Shown here: positions 35,496 to 45,749 of the stretch, one piece after another
How positions within the stretch are numbered: the first letter of the stretch is position 1
Layout: every line of letters begins with the position of its first letter
From: Candidatus Thorarchaeota archaeon
GTDB lineage: Archaea > Asgardarchaeota > Thorarchaeia > Thorarchaeales > Thorarchaeaceae
NCBI GenBank assembly: GCA_003345545.1
Contig: PRDH01000024.1
Span: 1-46,614, forward strand
DNA length: 46,614 bases
Direction: 5' to 3'
Notes under the pieces: generated by a model
The model's database searches: none
Told to the model about the DNA's origin: nothing
Seen by the model: only the letters and a program-made list of their open reading frames with translations
Translations under genes and position numbers: made by a program

Positions 35496-37004
35496 TTGAA
35501 CAAAAGATCCATTGTCATCATTGGAGCTGGTCTGGCCGGTCTTTCAACGGGAATCTATGCTCAGATGAACGGATATGATAGCAGTATTGTGGAACACCAC
35601 TCGAAACCTGGAGGCCTAGCAGCTGCTTGGAGACGAGGAGAGTATCTGATAGATGGCGGGATACATTTTCTGATTGCTCATAGGCCCCCTAGTCCAATCT
35701 ATGATGTCTACACAGAGATTGGAGTCGATGTGCCTGAGTCAACTGTCGACATGAAGAACTATCTGCGTTTTGTCGATGACACTGGTGAGAGAGAGGTGGA
35801 CTTCACTTCAGATCTGCGGCAGCTTGAACATGACCTGATTGCCATTTCCCCTGAGGATGAGAAAGAGATACGGCAGTTCTTGAGAGAAGTAGAATGGATG
35901 AAGGACTCGCCATTACTCACCGACCTGGGGATGAGCGCAGCCCCTCCTGAATTAAAGGGCCGATTCGATTCTCTGAAAGAGCTGTGGCAGATGCGCGGAT
36001 TCATGAAGTATTTCTATGGCAAGTACAGCCGGCCGGCAGCAGAGTTCGCGAAGAATTTCCATAATCCGTACTTGAGAACTATGTTTGAGAACCTGTTCTC
36101 TCCGGATGGCCCAATCTGGTTCGTCATCATGATTCTAGCAACAGTTGGTGCTGGTCAGCTCGGACTTCTGAAGGGGGGCTGTCCCGGGTTTGTCCTTCCT
36201 ATTGAGCAGAAGTACAAGGATTTGGGAGGCAAGATTCGATATAACGCTACTGTCGATAAGATACTGGTCGAAGATGACAGAGCTGTTGGTGTGCTTCTCA
36301 GGGATGGAAGCGAACATAGAGCAGATGTGGTCGTTTCCGCTGCTGACGGAAGGAATACGATATTTGGACTACTTGGCGGGAGATACGTTGACGACCGCAT
36401 AGAGAAGGTATACGGCACTTGGAAACAATATGATCCGTCTGTGATTGTCAGTCTGGGTGTGGCCCGTACATTCAAAGATGCTGCTCCTCTGAACATGTTC
36501 ATGTTGAAGGATACTTTCTTGCTCGGACAGAGAACCATCAAGGTCCTGCCCCTTAGAGTACTAAACTACAGCGATGTATTTGCTCCGCCTGGAAAGGCAG
36601 TGATTCAGGTCATGTTGGAAACTGACTGGAAATATTGGACCGAACTGCATAACGACAAAGATGCCTATGATGTAGAGAAACAGCGCGTGGCAGAGATGGT
36701 CATTCAGCGACTTGAACGCCTATATCCTGGAATACGGCCCCAAATAGAGCTCGTAGATGTTGCTACGCCATTAACAACCTGGCGATATACCTTGAATAAC
36801 CGAGGCTCTCCAATGGGTTGGTTGATGACCAAGGAAACGCTTATGACACAGTTGCCTCGAAGACTACCAGGTCTAGATGGATTCTATTTGGCAGGGCAAT
36901 GGATTCTGCCCGGTGGTGGCGTACCGGGATGCATTTATTCGGGGCGGAATGTCGTTCAGCTTCTCTGCAAGGAGGATAAGAGAGCGTTTCGGACAAGTGC
37001 CTGA
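35496..37004 (+). CDS. Phytoene desaturase (CrtI)-family FAD-dependent oxidoreductase
   Basis: IIGAGLAGL, E.H..PGG...W.R..Y..DGGIH, ATPLT..RY, FYLAGQW..PGGGVPG. Start set at TTG 35496. Confidence 0.85.
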   Translation: MNKRSIVIIGAGLAGLSTGIYAQMNGYDSSIVEHHSKPGGLAAAWRRGEYLIDGGIHFLIAHRPPSPIYDVYTEIGVDVPESTVDMKNYLRFVDDTGEREVDFTSDLRQLEHDLIAISPEDEKEIRQFLREVEWMKDSPLLTDLGMSAAPPELKGRFDSLKELWQMRGFMKYFYGKYSRPAAEFAKNFHNPYLRTMFENLFSPDGPIWFVIMILATVGAGQLGLLKGGCPGFVLPIEQKYKDLGGKIRYNATVDKILVEDDRAVGVLLRDGSEHRADVVVSAADGRNTIFGLLGGRYVDDRIEKVYGTWKQYDPSVIVSLGVARTFKDAAPLNMFMLKDTFLLGQRTIKVLPLRVLNYSDVFAPPGKAVIQVMLETDWKYWTELHNDKDAYDVEKQRVAEMVIQRLERLYPGIRPQIELVDVATPLTTWRYTLNNRGSPMGWLMTKETLMTQLPRRLPGLDGFYLAGQWILPGGGVPGCIYSGRNVVQLLCKEDKRAFRTSA

Positions 37005-37044
37005 TTCCTTCTCTCAAGGTGAGTTCACATGTCGACTAGGAGTC

Positions 37045-38319
37045 CTACGTGAGCAACAGAGAAACCAATGCAAGATAGACGAAACAAATAGCCAGATGTA
37101 CTAGACCGAGCGGTATCACCACACGATTGAACTCTGACCAGCTAAGTGGTTTTAGGTTCTTCTCACATATCGATACCACAACCATGTTTGGTGCATCTCC
37201 GAATGGGACGACATATCCCCCTGCATTGGTGCCGGCAACAAGGGAGAGTGATACTGCCGTAGAAAGACCTTTTGCCGCTGGAGCGAGCAGGATACCGACT
37301 GCTTTTGCATCTACAGGCGACATGAGTCCACCTGACACAAAAATCATCAAGAACATGGCAAGGAAGGCGTTATTTGTTGAAAGCCACTGGAGGCCAACCG
37401 CAAGACCATCAATCATTTTAGTTACCACAAGACCCTGTACGATTCCCATCAGACCCAATAGGAAAAACACAGTATCCCACGAGAGGCGTCTCAGCAAATC
37501 CTTAGCTCTGTCTCTTGATAGGATGAGGAGAGCTCCTGCAACAACAAGCGCAAGCATCGCTGTCTGCTCAGGTAACAGAATAAGACCAAGGACCAAGACG
37601 AACATGCCAATTAATGATATGACAAGATCCTGCTTGGACCGGATTGTCACATTTGGGTCTATGGCAAAGAGCTCTGTCATGTCTCGTTCCTGATGGTCTT
37701 CAATTACATTTGCATACTTCCTCCTCATGTAAAGTAAGGTCGCAAGGAACAAGATGATTGAGAGTGGAAACATCACGATGAACATAAGCCCAACAGGAAT
37801 CTCCGCAATGTAGACAATGACTAGGTTTGTCACGGATCCGATTGGCGTGGGCATCGATGCCAATCCAGCAACAACGGCTTCTGTCATTAGGTATGGTCTG
37901 AAATCGACATCGATGGCGTTGCAGACTTCCACGGTGAATGCACTTACGATCAACATTGTAGGCAACGGATCGAATAGCAGGGATATGATAAAGACAAGAA
38001 CCATGAAGTAGTAGAAGATCTTCCGCGGGTTTCCGAATGTTCGTAGTGCCATGATGATTGCCACATATTGAAAGAAACCTGAGGACGCGACTACGGATAC
38101 TATGATCATCATCGCCGCAACAAAGACTATGACATCCCATCCAATCCCTGATGCATAGGTGGCAAACGTAGGATGTTCTTCATCCAAGAAGAAGACAATT
38201 GTGGCGGAAACTCCGAAACCCATTAGGGCTGTTGCTGTGTCGTTGACTCGTTCACTCATTATCAGGAGTAGAGTGACGATAAAGACTGCCAAGACCAACA
38301 GACCAGCAATCAGACTCAT
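37045..38319 (-). CDS. ArsB/NhaD/SLC13 (ion transporter superfamily) permease
   Basis: Multi-TM; TPIGS..N and PFGDAPN repeats; W..I.F...M. Confidence 0.82.
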   Translation of the reverse strand: MSLIAGLLVLAVFIVTLLLIMSERVNDTATALMGFGVSATIVFFLDEEHPTFATYASGIGWDVIVFVAAMMIIVSVVASSGFFQYVAIIMALRTFGNPRKIFYYFMVLVFIISLLFDPLPTMLIVSAFTVEVCNAIDVDFRPYLMTEAVVAGLASMPTPIGSVTNLVIVYIAEIPVGLMFIVMFPLSIILFLATLLYMRRKYANVIEDHQERDMTELFAIDPNVTIRSKQDLVISLIGMFVLVLGLILLPEQTAMLALVVAGALLILSRDRAKDLLRRLSWDTVFFLLGLMGIVQGLVVTKMIDGLAVGLQWLSTNNAFLAMFLMIFVSGGLMSPVDAKAVGILLAPAAKGLSTAVSLSLVAGTNAGGYVVPFGDAPNMVVVSICEKNLKPLSWSEFNRVVIPLGLVHLAICFVYLALVSLLLT

Positions 38320-38552
38320 ATGCCTCTCTCAAACCGTTGTCATGCAACTCATATTTAGGTACCTTGTATAGTTAACAGATTATTGCGCAATTACGTCCCT
38401 GACGCGCCTCAGAGCATGAGTGCACTGCTCATTCACATTCCCAACTACCTATGCACGAGCCGCTATAGCGGCATCCGCCATTCATGATTCTTCTCTAGAA
38501 AAAGCAATATGGTATGAAAGCAACAGGGCGCAATATTGAGAGAGGAAGAGAA

Positions 38553-38975
38553 ATGCGAAATCAGACACAGTTTGCACTCTGTATCATTGGTGGTCTGTTA
38601 CTACTTGGTACGAGCTATGCAGGAGGTGTCAGCACAATCGTGCTGATCCGTTCATTCCTACATTCTCTGGCTGCACTGGCTCCATTCTATCTATTAATTG
38701 ATATTGTATTGTTCTTCCTTTGGATCATAGCATGGCTGGGCGGACTCGCAGTGATAATCGGTGGCTATCTGTTGACCACTTCACATATTCGACTAGGCAA
38801 ATTCATAATTGCTGTGGCAGCAGGATTCGGGCTAATCAGTCTAGTACTGGTGATTCTCTGGGTACTCCTTACTTATGGGTGGGGTGGACTTGTTATCCTG
38901 GGATGGCTCCTCATGCATACATCCTGGGCCTTGGGTCTGATTCTGACGATCTTAGCAAGGAGTACGGCTCATTGA
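38553..38975 (+). CDS. Hypothetical 4-TM membrane protein
   Basis: Gly-rich hydrophobic helices. Confidence 0.65.
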   Translation: MRNQTQFALCIIGGLLLLGTSYAGGVSTIVLIRSFLHSLAALAPFYLLIDIVLFFLWIIAWLGGLAVIIGGYLLTTSHIRLGKFIIAVAAGFGLISLVLVILWVLLTYGWGGLVILGWLLMHTSWALGLILTILARSTAH

Positions 38976-39148
38976 TTCTCATCGTTTCGAGAAGAGGAAC
39001 GTAGAGAGAACTATTGGTCCTGCCCTCATTTCCCTCAGAATCTTGGAGATGAGTCCGTAAGGTGTTCAAGGATGAGCCGCCAGATAGACGAATTTGGTCC
39101 TCATAATTCGCTTACTGCCGTTGCTGATAAATCGCTAATCGTCTGAAA

Positions 39149-39192
39149 TATAAAGCAGTGGAGTTCAACTGCGTAGAAATCTACCTAGTTGA
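39149..39192 (+). promoter_or_regulatory. TATA box and palindromic operator of the PadR-led operon
   Basis: TATAAA at 39149-39154; TCAACT-GC-GTAGA-AA-TCTAC-CT-AGTTGA at 39165-39192. Confidence 0.65.
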
Positions 39193-39199
39193 TGTAAGA

Positions 39200-39751
39200 A
39201 TGAGCAAACAGATCAAGTTGTTCCTTCCAACTCCTGCAAAGCTCACTCCAATTCAACTACTGATCATGATTCAGCTTCTTGAGTCTCCCAAGTATGGATA
39301 CGAAATCCTTACTGACCTGAGAGGCGGATTCAAGGGATGCTGGGAGCCCAAGACTGGGACAATCTATCCGGCCCTGCAGTCTCTCGAGAAGAGGAAACTG
39401 ATTGCTTCTGCCCTGCAGAGCGGAAAAATTCACTACAGTCTCACAAGAGAAGGACGGTCCATGATAGATGAGATGAGCAATTATGTGGCAGAGTATCTCA
39501 TGTTCAACTCAAAATTCATCGAGTCAACAGTGGCGAACATGCCGGCCGATTTCACACAAGATGTCTTCAGCAAGATACACGCTTCTGGAATTGATGAAAT
39601 AATACCCGAGGCCCCCATCCTTGAAGCAATCAGCAGATTGTCTGATGTCTCTCTGAAACACGAATTCCTAGAACAGCGCAAGAAGGTACTCAAAAAGAAG
39701 CTGAACCTCGTTGGCAGATACTTGAACAATCTAGACACTGAGGTGCCCTAA
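39200..39751 (+). CDS. PadR family transcriptional regulator
   Basis: P.YGYEI...L......W.P..GTIYPAL..LE...LI......YSLT..G. Confidence 0.92.
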   Translation: MSKQIKLFLPTPAKLTPIQLLIMIQLLESPKYGYEILTDLRGGFKGCWEPKTGTIYPALQSLEKRKLIASALQSGKIHYSLTREGRSMIDEMSNYVAEYLMFNSKFIESTVANMPADFTQDVFSKIHASGIDEIIPEAPILEAISRLSDVSLKHEFLEQRKKVLKKKLNLVGRYLNNLDTEVP

Positions 39752-41163
39752 TGAAAGAATATGACGTGATTATCGTAGGTGCTGGCCCTGGCGGTTCCAC
39801 CGCAGCAAAAGAAGCAGCTGAGAAAGGCTTGAGAACAATATTCTTCGAGCGTGGCCGAAAGCCCGGAGAGAAGAACTCCTCAGGATGCGGTCTTGGGCCG
39901 AGAATGTGGCGAGATTTCGATATTATGAAAGAACTGACCCCCGAGAAATGCCCCTCGATGCGCGAGGGAGCCGCGGCCAGGAACTACTTTGTCAACAATG
40001 ACGGAGATGTATCGGGCTACATCATGACCAAGCCTACAGATTCGGTGACCTATGAGCCTGCAAGAAGTTGGATCACAATGAACTGCTATCGAAGCGAATT
40101 TGATCCTTGGATTGCCAAGTTTGCTACTGCCGCGGGCGCCGAGTTGAAGACATCGACACTTGTTACTGGACTTCTGAAAGAACGGAATAGAGTCATTGGT
40201 GTGATTGATGAGCATGGCGAGAAATACAGGGGTTTCGTGATTGGAGCCGATGGTGCTGTTTCAATGGTTGCCAGAGAGAGTGGCTTGAGGGAACGATGGA
40301 AACAACAACAAGTCACAATAATCCCTCAGTATGACTTTCAATGTTCTCCGTCAAAGATTGATGATATCATGGGTGACGAAGCTCTCGCTGTCTGGTGGTC
40401 TGCCATTTTTCCTGCGTCCTACCAGGTCTTCTTCCACGACGGTTTCCATATAGGTCTAGGTAACTGGATGACTTGGTGGGACAAGAATCCTCTGTACTAT
40501 CTGAACAAGGTCGTGAACTTGGAGTACTTCCAGCGACTAGCTCGAATCCTTGAGGGAAAGCCGCGAGAGTTCCATGCTCATCTGCTCCCGTGGCAAGGTG
40601 GTCCACACGATACGCATACTGATAATGTGATTCTGATTGGTGATGCTGGAGGGTTTCCATGTCCCCTAGAGGCTGAAGGCATCTATCCAGCCATGGTCAC
40701 AGGCAGGGCAGCAATAGAAACTGCCGCTCAGGCACTATCTGCCGGCGACACCTCAAAGAACTTCCTAGATCTATATGACAGGAAGTGGATGGCAAGTTCA
40801 GTTGGCGAGGAATTCAAGACAGGTCCTGAACTGGCGAGCATCTGGAGAGCCCTTCCATTCAGCCCACATGCTACGATGTCATGGTTTGTGCCTATGCTAA
40901 TGGAATTGATTGGTGGAATCATTGATTGGTCTGAGCCTCATGCTGTGCGCGTACGACAGATAGCAAGGAGGATGAAGCGATATCTCCCTCAGGCCATTCC
41001 TTTCATTATGAAAGAGGTCATCCCACTATTGACAGCAATCCTAGGAGAGGAGAAGATGAATCTGCTTACTGATCCTGGAAAGCTCATGGCAACGATGCCT
41101 GAGGTTGAAGAAGCCATAGCGCTTGCATTCATGGAGAGTGACAAGGAGGAGAGAAAGAATTGA
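39751..41163 (+). CDS. FixC/geranylgeranyl-reductase family flavoprotein
   Basis: IVGAGPGG, ERG..PG.KNSSG, R..FD.W....A..AGA, GADG, IGDAGG...P...EGI..AM..G. TAATG overlap with padR. Confidence 0.85.
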   Translation: MKEYDVIIVGAGPGGSTAAKEAAEKGLRTIFFERGRKPGEKNSSGCGLGPRMWRDFDIMKELTPEKCPSMREGAAARNYFVNNDGDVSGYIMTKPTDSVTYEPARSWITMNCYRSEFDPWIAKFATAAGAELKTSTLVTGLLKERNRVIGVIDEHGEKYRGFVIGADGAVSMVARESGLRERWKQQQVTIIPQYDFQCSPSKIDDIMGDEALAVWWSAIFPASYQVFFHDGFHIGLGNWMTWWDKNPLYYLNKVVNLEYFQRLARILEGKPREFHAHLLPWQGGPHDTHTDNVILIGDAGGFPCPLEAEGIYPAMVTGRAAIETAAQALSAGDTSKNFLDLYDRKWMASSVGEEFKTGPELASIWRALPFSPHATMSWFVPMLMELIGGIIDWSEPHAVRVRQIARRMKRYLPQAIPFIMKEVIPLLTAILGEEKMNLLTDPGKLMATMPEVEEAIALAFMESDKEERKN

Positions 41164-41429
41164 ACATAGACCACAAGAGCCTGATACCGAGAACACCATG
41201 CACAGGGAATTACATCACTCTAGATAACAAGAAGTGTACGCTGTGCGGGCGTTGCTTAATCATATGCGTGATGAATCTTTGGAAAAAGCGCGGCAAGACT
41301 GTCTACTTAGTGGGCGACTATGCTTCACAATGTATTGAATGTGGCGCCTGCTACCAAGTATGCGAATCTGGGGCTATAGATTTCAGATATCCCCCGGGCG
41401 GTACAGGAATCGTCTGCGAACGAGGTTGA
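41160..41429 (+). CDS. FixX-like 2x[4Fe-4S] ferredoxin
   Basis: CTLCGRC...C, CIECGACYQVC, F.YP.GG.GI....G. Confidence 0.88.
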   Translation: MNIDHKSLIPRTPCTGNYITLDNKKCTLCGRCLIICVMNLWKKRGKTVYLVGDYASQCIECGACYQVCESGAIDFRYPPGGTGIVCERG

Positions 41430-41451
41430 TGAAACAGGTGGTTGATGCAAT

Positions 41452-42894
41452 ATGACCGAAGGCATGAAATCTGCAATGACTGACATTGTTGGGATTGACA
41501 ACGTTTCTGATGATTGGCTTATGCTGGTAGAGTACTCTGGAGAATATGTGCCTTCACTCATCGTATGGCCAAGGACAGCAGATGATGTCGCCAAGATTGT
41601 ACGACTGGCCAACAAGAACAGGCTCTCGCTGCTGCCCATTAGCTCCGGAGGACCTAAGCTCAGAGATGTAGCATCGCCTCGAGTCCCCAATACTATCATA
41701 GTGAATCTCAGCAGGATGAATAAGATATTACGTGTTGACTCTCAAAACAAGGTTGTAATGATTGAACCTGGAGTCACCTACGGTGTGCTCATTGATGTAC
41801 TCAAGAAGAATGGACTAAGAATCTCCATGCCGTTTCTCCCTGCGGTTTCGAAATCCGTTCTCTCTGCATGCCTTGATAGAGAACCAACTACAATGCCTCG
41901 ATTTCATTGGGACTCCTCTGATCCGCTCCTGTGTACTGAAACTGTCTTTGGCACTGGTGATGTCTTACGAACTGGTGCTGCCGCAGGGCCTGGCAGTCTA
42001 GAAGAGCAATGGGCATCTGGACAGGCACAAAAGAATCCACAGGGGCCATCGCAGTTTGATCCATTCAGGATTGTTCAAGGTTCGCAAGGAACCATCGGCA
42101 TCGTGACATGGATCTCTATGAAGTGTGAACTCCTTCCTGACGTTCATCGTATCTATCTGGCAGGAGCAAGCAGTTTGGACAGCTTTCTGGATTTCAACTA
42201 TGCAATACTGAGGCGCAGACTTGTAGATGAGCACTTCATGCTGAATGGAGTCAATCTCAGTGCTGCTCTAGGAACCACCATGTCCCTGCCAAACTGGATT
42301 CTTGTTCTTGGCATATCTGGACATGGTATAATTGCGGAGGAAGAATTGGAGTATCGGACGGCAGATGTCGCAGACATCGCAAAGGGCACTGGCGTGGAAC
42401 TTGTTGATGCTCTTGGTGGGATCAAAGGAACCAGTGTTCAGTCCCTCCTAGGCAGGCCAAGTGATGCGATCTATTGGAAACTACAACCAAAGGGTCAGTG
42501 CCAGGAGATATTCTTCACAACCACTCTGGATAGGTGCCAGGAGTTCTATGAATCGTTCAAGGATACCGCAAGTGAGGTTGGATTTCCTCTCGACCAAATA
42601 GGCGCGTATGTTCAGCCCATTGTTCAAGGAACCAATGCCCACTGTGGCTTTGACCTGTACTACAACCACAGGGATGACAGTGCAGTAGAGAAGATGATGC
42701 TGCTATCAACGAAAGGTCAGCAGAGGCTCCTCTCTGAAGGAGCCTACTTCAGTAGACCATACGGGGCAATCACGGACGCCGTGTATGAGCGTGCTGCTCC
42801 TGGCACTGTAAGAGCCATGCGGCAAGTGAAATCCATCTTCGACCCCAGCAATATCTTGAATCCGGGAGCTCTCTGCTTCAAGGAGGTACTATAA
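41452..42894 (+). CDS. FAD-binding oxidoreductase, VAO/PCMH (GlcD-like) family
   Basis: P..IV.P.T..DV..IV..AN, L.RMNKI, IEPGVT, GSQGT.GIVT, K..FDP.NILNPG. Confidence 0.88.
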   Translation: MTEGMKSAMTDIVGIDNVSDDWLMLVEYSGEYVPSLIVWPRTADDVAKIVRLANKNRLSLLPISSGGPKLRDVASPRVPNTIIVNLSRMNKILRVDSQNKVVMIEPGVTYGVLIDVLKKNGLRISMPFLPAVSKSVLSACLDREPTTMPRFHWDSSDPLLCTETVFGTGDVLRTGAAAGPGSLEEQWASGQAQKNPQGPSQFDPFRIVQGSQGTIGIVTWISMKCELLPDVHRIYLAGASSLDSFLDFNYAILRRRLVDEHFMLNGVNLSAALGTTMSLPNWILVLGISGHGIIAEEELEYRTADVADIAKGTGVELVDALGGIKGTSVQSLLGRPSDAIYWKLQPKGQCQEIFFTTTLDRCQEFYESFKDTASEVGFPLDQIGAYVQPIVQGTNAHCGFDLYYNHRDDSAVEKMMLLSTKGQQRLLSEGAYFSRPYGAITDAVYERAAPGTVRAMRQVKSIFDPSNILNPGALCFKEVL

Positions 42895-44165
42895 TGACTC
42901 TTGGCGACTATGAAGACATGATGGACAGCTGCGTGCGGTGCTCACTCTGTAAGTTTATCCCACAGCTTGCAATCCGGAGCAAACGATTCTCAAGCATATG
43001 CCCGTCCATTGACTTCTACGACTTCCATGCATACTCTGGTGGGGGCAGGATGATTGCGGCGAACGCGTACCATAAGGGCCGCGTCGAACTCACCCCGGAG
43101 ATGCTGGATGTCCTCTACAGATGTACAAACTGCGGAGGCTGTGAGGTGTCGTGCAAGTGGGTCTACGACCTCGAGCCCAACGAGGCAATTCATGCCCTCC
43201 GTGCGGCTGCTGTTGAGGCTGGAGCAGGTCCCATGCCAAAGCATAAGAAATACATCAAGCTGGTTGAACGAAAGAAGAATCCCTATGGAGAGGAGCCTCA
43301 GAATAGACCTGCATGGCTCACCAAGGACATTAAGTTGGATGAATCATCTGATACTCTGTACTTTGTCGGTTGCACTGCTGCCTACCGACGAGAGGAGATA
43401 GCTGTAGCTACTGCCAAGATCCTGAACGCCGCAGGGGAAGGATTTCGAATCATGGGCTCAGATGAACAATGCTGCGGCTCACCTGTGTATAGAGTCGGTG
43501 ATGAGAAACGGGCTATCAGAATAATGGAGGAGAATATCGAGAGCTTCAAGCGTGCCGGAATCAAGCGAATCATCACGAGCTGCTCTGGCTGCTACAACAT
43601 GTTCAAGATAGAGTACCCCAGATATGTAGAGCATGACATCGACGTTGTTCACACCTCTCAACTAATCGAGTTTCTTCTCAAAGATGGTAGGCTCAAACTC
43701 ACGAAAGATGTACCTCTGAAGGTCACCTATCATGATCCCTGTCATCTTGGCAGAATGGCTGAGCCCTACGAGAAGTGGGAGGGCGAGAAGATAGAGGTGC
43801 TCACTCTCGTATACATCTATGACCCACCAAAACCAGAACGTCGCGGTGCAAACGGAGTCTATGACGCCCCCCGTAATGTGCTGAAGCAGATACCAGGAGT
43901 TGAGCTGGTGGAGATGGATCGAATTCGTGAGTATTCCTACTGCTGCGGCGCAGGTGGTGGATGCAAGTCTGCGTATCCTGATTTTGCCATGGCAACCGCG
44001 AATGAACGCGTGGAAGAGGCAGAGTCTACCGGAGCTGACGCCTTAGTTTCAGCCTGTCCGTTCTGCGGCACGAACTTCCGTGACAGCCTGGAATCTCGCA
44101 ACTCGTCAATGCAGTACTTTGACCTGACTGAACTTGTACTACGAAGTATTGGAGGTGAGCAGTAG
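42894..44165 (+). CDS. HdrD/GlcF-like Fe-S oxidoreductase (ferredoxin + two CCG domains)
   Basis: CVRCSLC, CTNCGGC..SC, CCG, YHDPCHLGR, CCGAGGG, ACPFC. Confidence 0.9.
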   Translation: MTLGDYEDMMDSCVRCSLCKFIPQLAIRSKRFSSICPSIDFYDFHAYSGGGRMIAANAYHKGRVELTPEMLDVLYRCTNCGGCEVSCKWVYDLEPNEAIHALRAAAVEAGAGPMPKHKKYIKLVERKKNPYGEEPQNRPAWLTKDIKLDESSDTLYFVGCTAAYRREEIAVATAKILNAAGEGFRIMGSDEQCCGSPVYRVGDEKRAIRIMEENIESFKRAGIKRIITSCSGCYNMFKIEYPRYVEHDIDVVHTSQLIEFLLKDGRLKLTKDVPLKVTYHDPCHLGRMAEPYEKWEGEKIEVLTLVYIYDPPKPERRGANGVYDAPRNVLKQIPGVELVEMDRIREYSYCCGAGGGCKSAYPDFAMATANERVEEAESTGADALVSACPFCGTNFRDSLESRNSSMQYFDLTELVLRSIGGEQ

Positions 44166-45749
44166 ATGTTGGAGAAGAACGTCTATGACGCCCTCAAGAG
44201 AGTTGTAGGAGCGAGATACATCTCACAGGACCCCGCAGTGATGGATACCTATGCTTTCCAATGGTGCAATGAGATTGAGAGTGCTCAGCGAGGAGAAGAG
44301 CCACAGAGATTCGGAGTCCGTCCTCTCGCAGTGCTTCTTCCTGCATCCACGGAAGAAGTGCAAGCGATTGTGAGATTGTGCAATAAGCACAATGTCGGCT
44401 TTAAGGCGCTGACAACTGGGATGGGCCCTTGGGCTGGGCTCAGTATTCCTAAGTCAATTCAGATTGACATGAGAAGAATGAATCGCATCCTTGAAGTTGA
44501 TGAGAGGAACATGTATGCCGTGATTGAGCCCTACGTCACGAACGCACAACTTCAGAGTGAGCTTCTCAAATATGGCATCATGCATCACGCACAAGGCGCA
44601 GGCCCGCAGACATCTCCCCTCGCCAGTCATACCTCATTTGTCGGTCCGGGGTTTACCTCCCCCTATACCGGCTTTAGCGGGAGGAATGTTCTTGGTGTTG
44701 AATGGATTCTTCCGACTGGGGATATACTCAGGCTTGGGTCTTTCGACCACAACGGCAAATGGTTTACGGGCGATGGTCCTGGTTTCAGTCTGAGAGGCAT
44801 CATGAGAGGTTGGCTTGGAGCCTATGGAGGGCTCGGTGTGTTCACAAAGGCTGCAATTAGGCTGTTCTCATGGCCAGCACCGAAGGATTGGAAGTGGGAA
44901 ACAAGTGGTACAATTCCAAACTATGAGTGGAAAGTTCCCCCCTACTGGAGATTATACGTTCTCAACTTCGAAGAGTGGAGTGAGTACGAAGCAGCCATGT
45001 ATGAATTGAATGATCGAGAGGTATGCATGGTCGCCACTACGTCTGCGCCAGAGGGACTTGCCGCTCTCTTCACAAACACGAAGACCGAGGCAATCGAGGC
45101 TATCTTCGCGGGGCTTCTGGCACGGACAAGAAACTACATTGTCGTCCTGGTAGCTGCGCACACTGAACGAGAATTTGAGTTTCGGAAGAAGCTCGTCAAG
45201 CTCATCCTGGAGAAGTATCGTGGAAACGACCTTATCGAGGAGGGTGTGATAGCCCCAAGACCCATGCACTATGGCGAGACAGTACGGAACATGTTAGGCC
45301 AACATGCATTCCGCTTCTCTAACTGCTTCCAAAGCACTCATGGCGGGATGGACACTATTGCCATGGCTGTGCGGCTCGCTCAACTGAATCAACCGGTCAA
45401 ACAGAAGTATATTGAGAAGGGCGTCATTGGCGACGATCGAGGACTTGGTGTCTGGATTACGAGCTATGAGTCTGGACACATGGCACATATGGAAACCCCG
45501 ACCGTGTACGATCCCACGTCCACGAAGTCATGCCTTGGCTATGCAGCATACCAAGACGAATGTAATCAAATGGATCTTGACCAAGCGCTTGGCATGCCGT
45601 TCTTTATCGTAGGTGACGAAGTGCATAAGTTCTATGCAGAACGTACGATGAACTACCCTGACTGGTTGAGAAGAATTAAGACAACCTTTGACCCCAATGG
45701 GGTCTCAGATCCAAGCCATTACGTGAAAGGAGAAAAGAGACAAAAATGA
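44166..45749 (+). CDS. FAD-binding oxidoreductase, VAO/PCMH family (second paralogue)
   Basis: P.AV.LP.STEEVQ.IV..CN, DMRRMNRILE.DE.NMYAVIEP, GVEW.LPTG, K..FDPN. Confidence 0.88.
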   Translation: MLEKNVYDALKRVVGARYISQDPAVMDTYAFQWCNEIESAQRGEEPQRFGVRPLAVLLPASTEEVQAIVRLCNKHNVGFKALTTGMGPWAGLSIPKSIQIDMRRMNRILEVDERNMYAVIEPYVTNAQLQSELLKYGIMHHAQGAGPQTSPLASHTSFVGPGFTSPYTGFSGRNVLGVEWILPTGDILRLGSFDHNGKWFTGDGPGFSLRGIMRGWLGAYGGLGVFTKAAIRLFSWPAPKDWKWETSGTIPNYEWKVPPYWRLYVLNFEEWSEYEAAMYELNDREVCMVATTSAPEGLAALFTNTKTEAIEAIFAGLLARTRNYIVVLVAAHTEREFEFRKKLVKLILEKYRGNDLIEEGVIAPRPMHYGETVRNMLGQHAFRFSNCFQSTHGGMDTIAMAVRLAQLNQPVKQKYIEKGVIGDDRGLGVWITSYESGHMAHMETPTVYDPTSTKSCLGYAAYQDECNQMDLDQALGMPFFIVGDEVHKFYAERTMNYPDWLRRIKTTFDPNGVSDPSHYVKGEKRQK

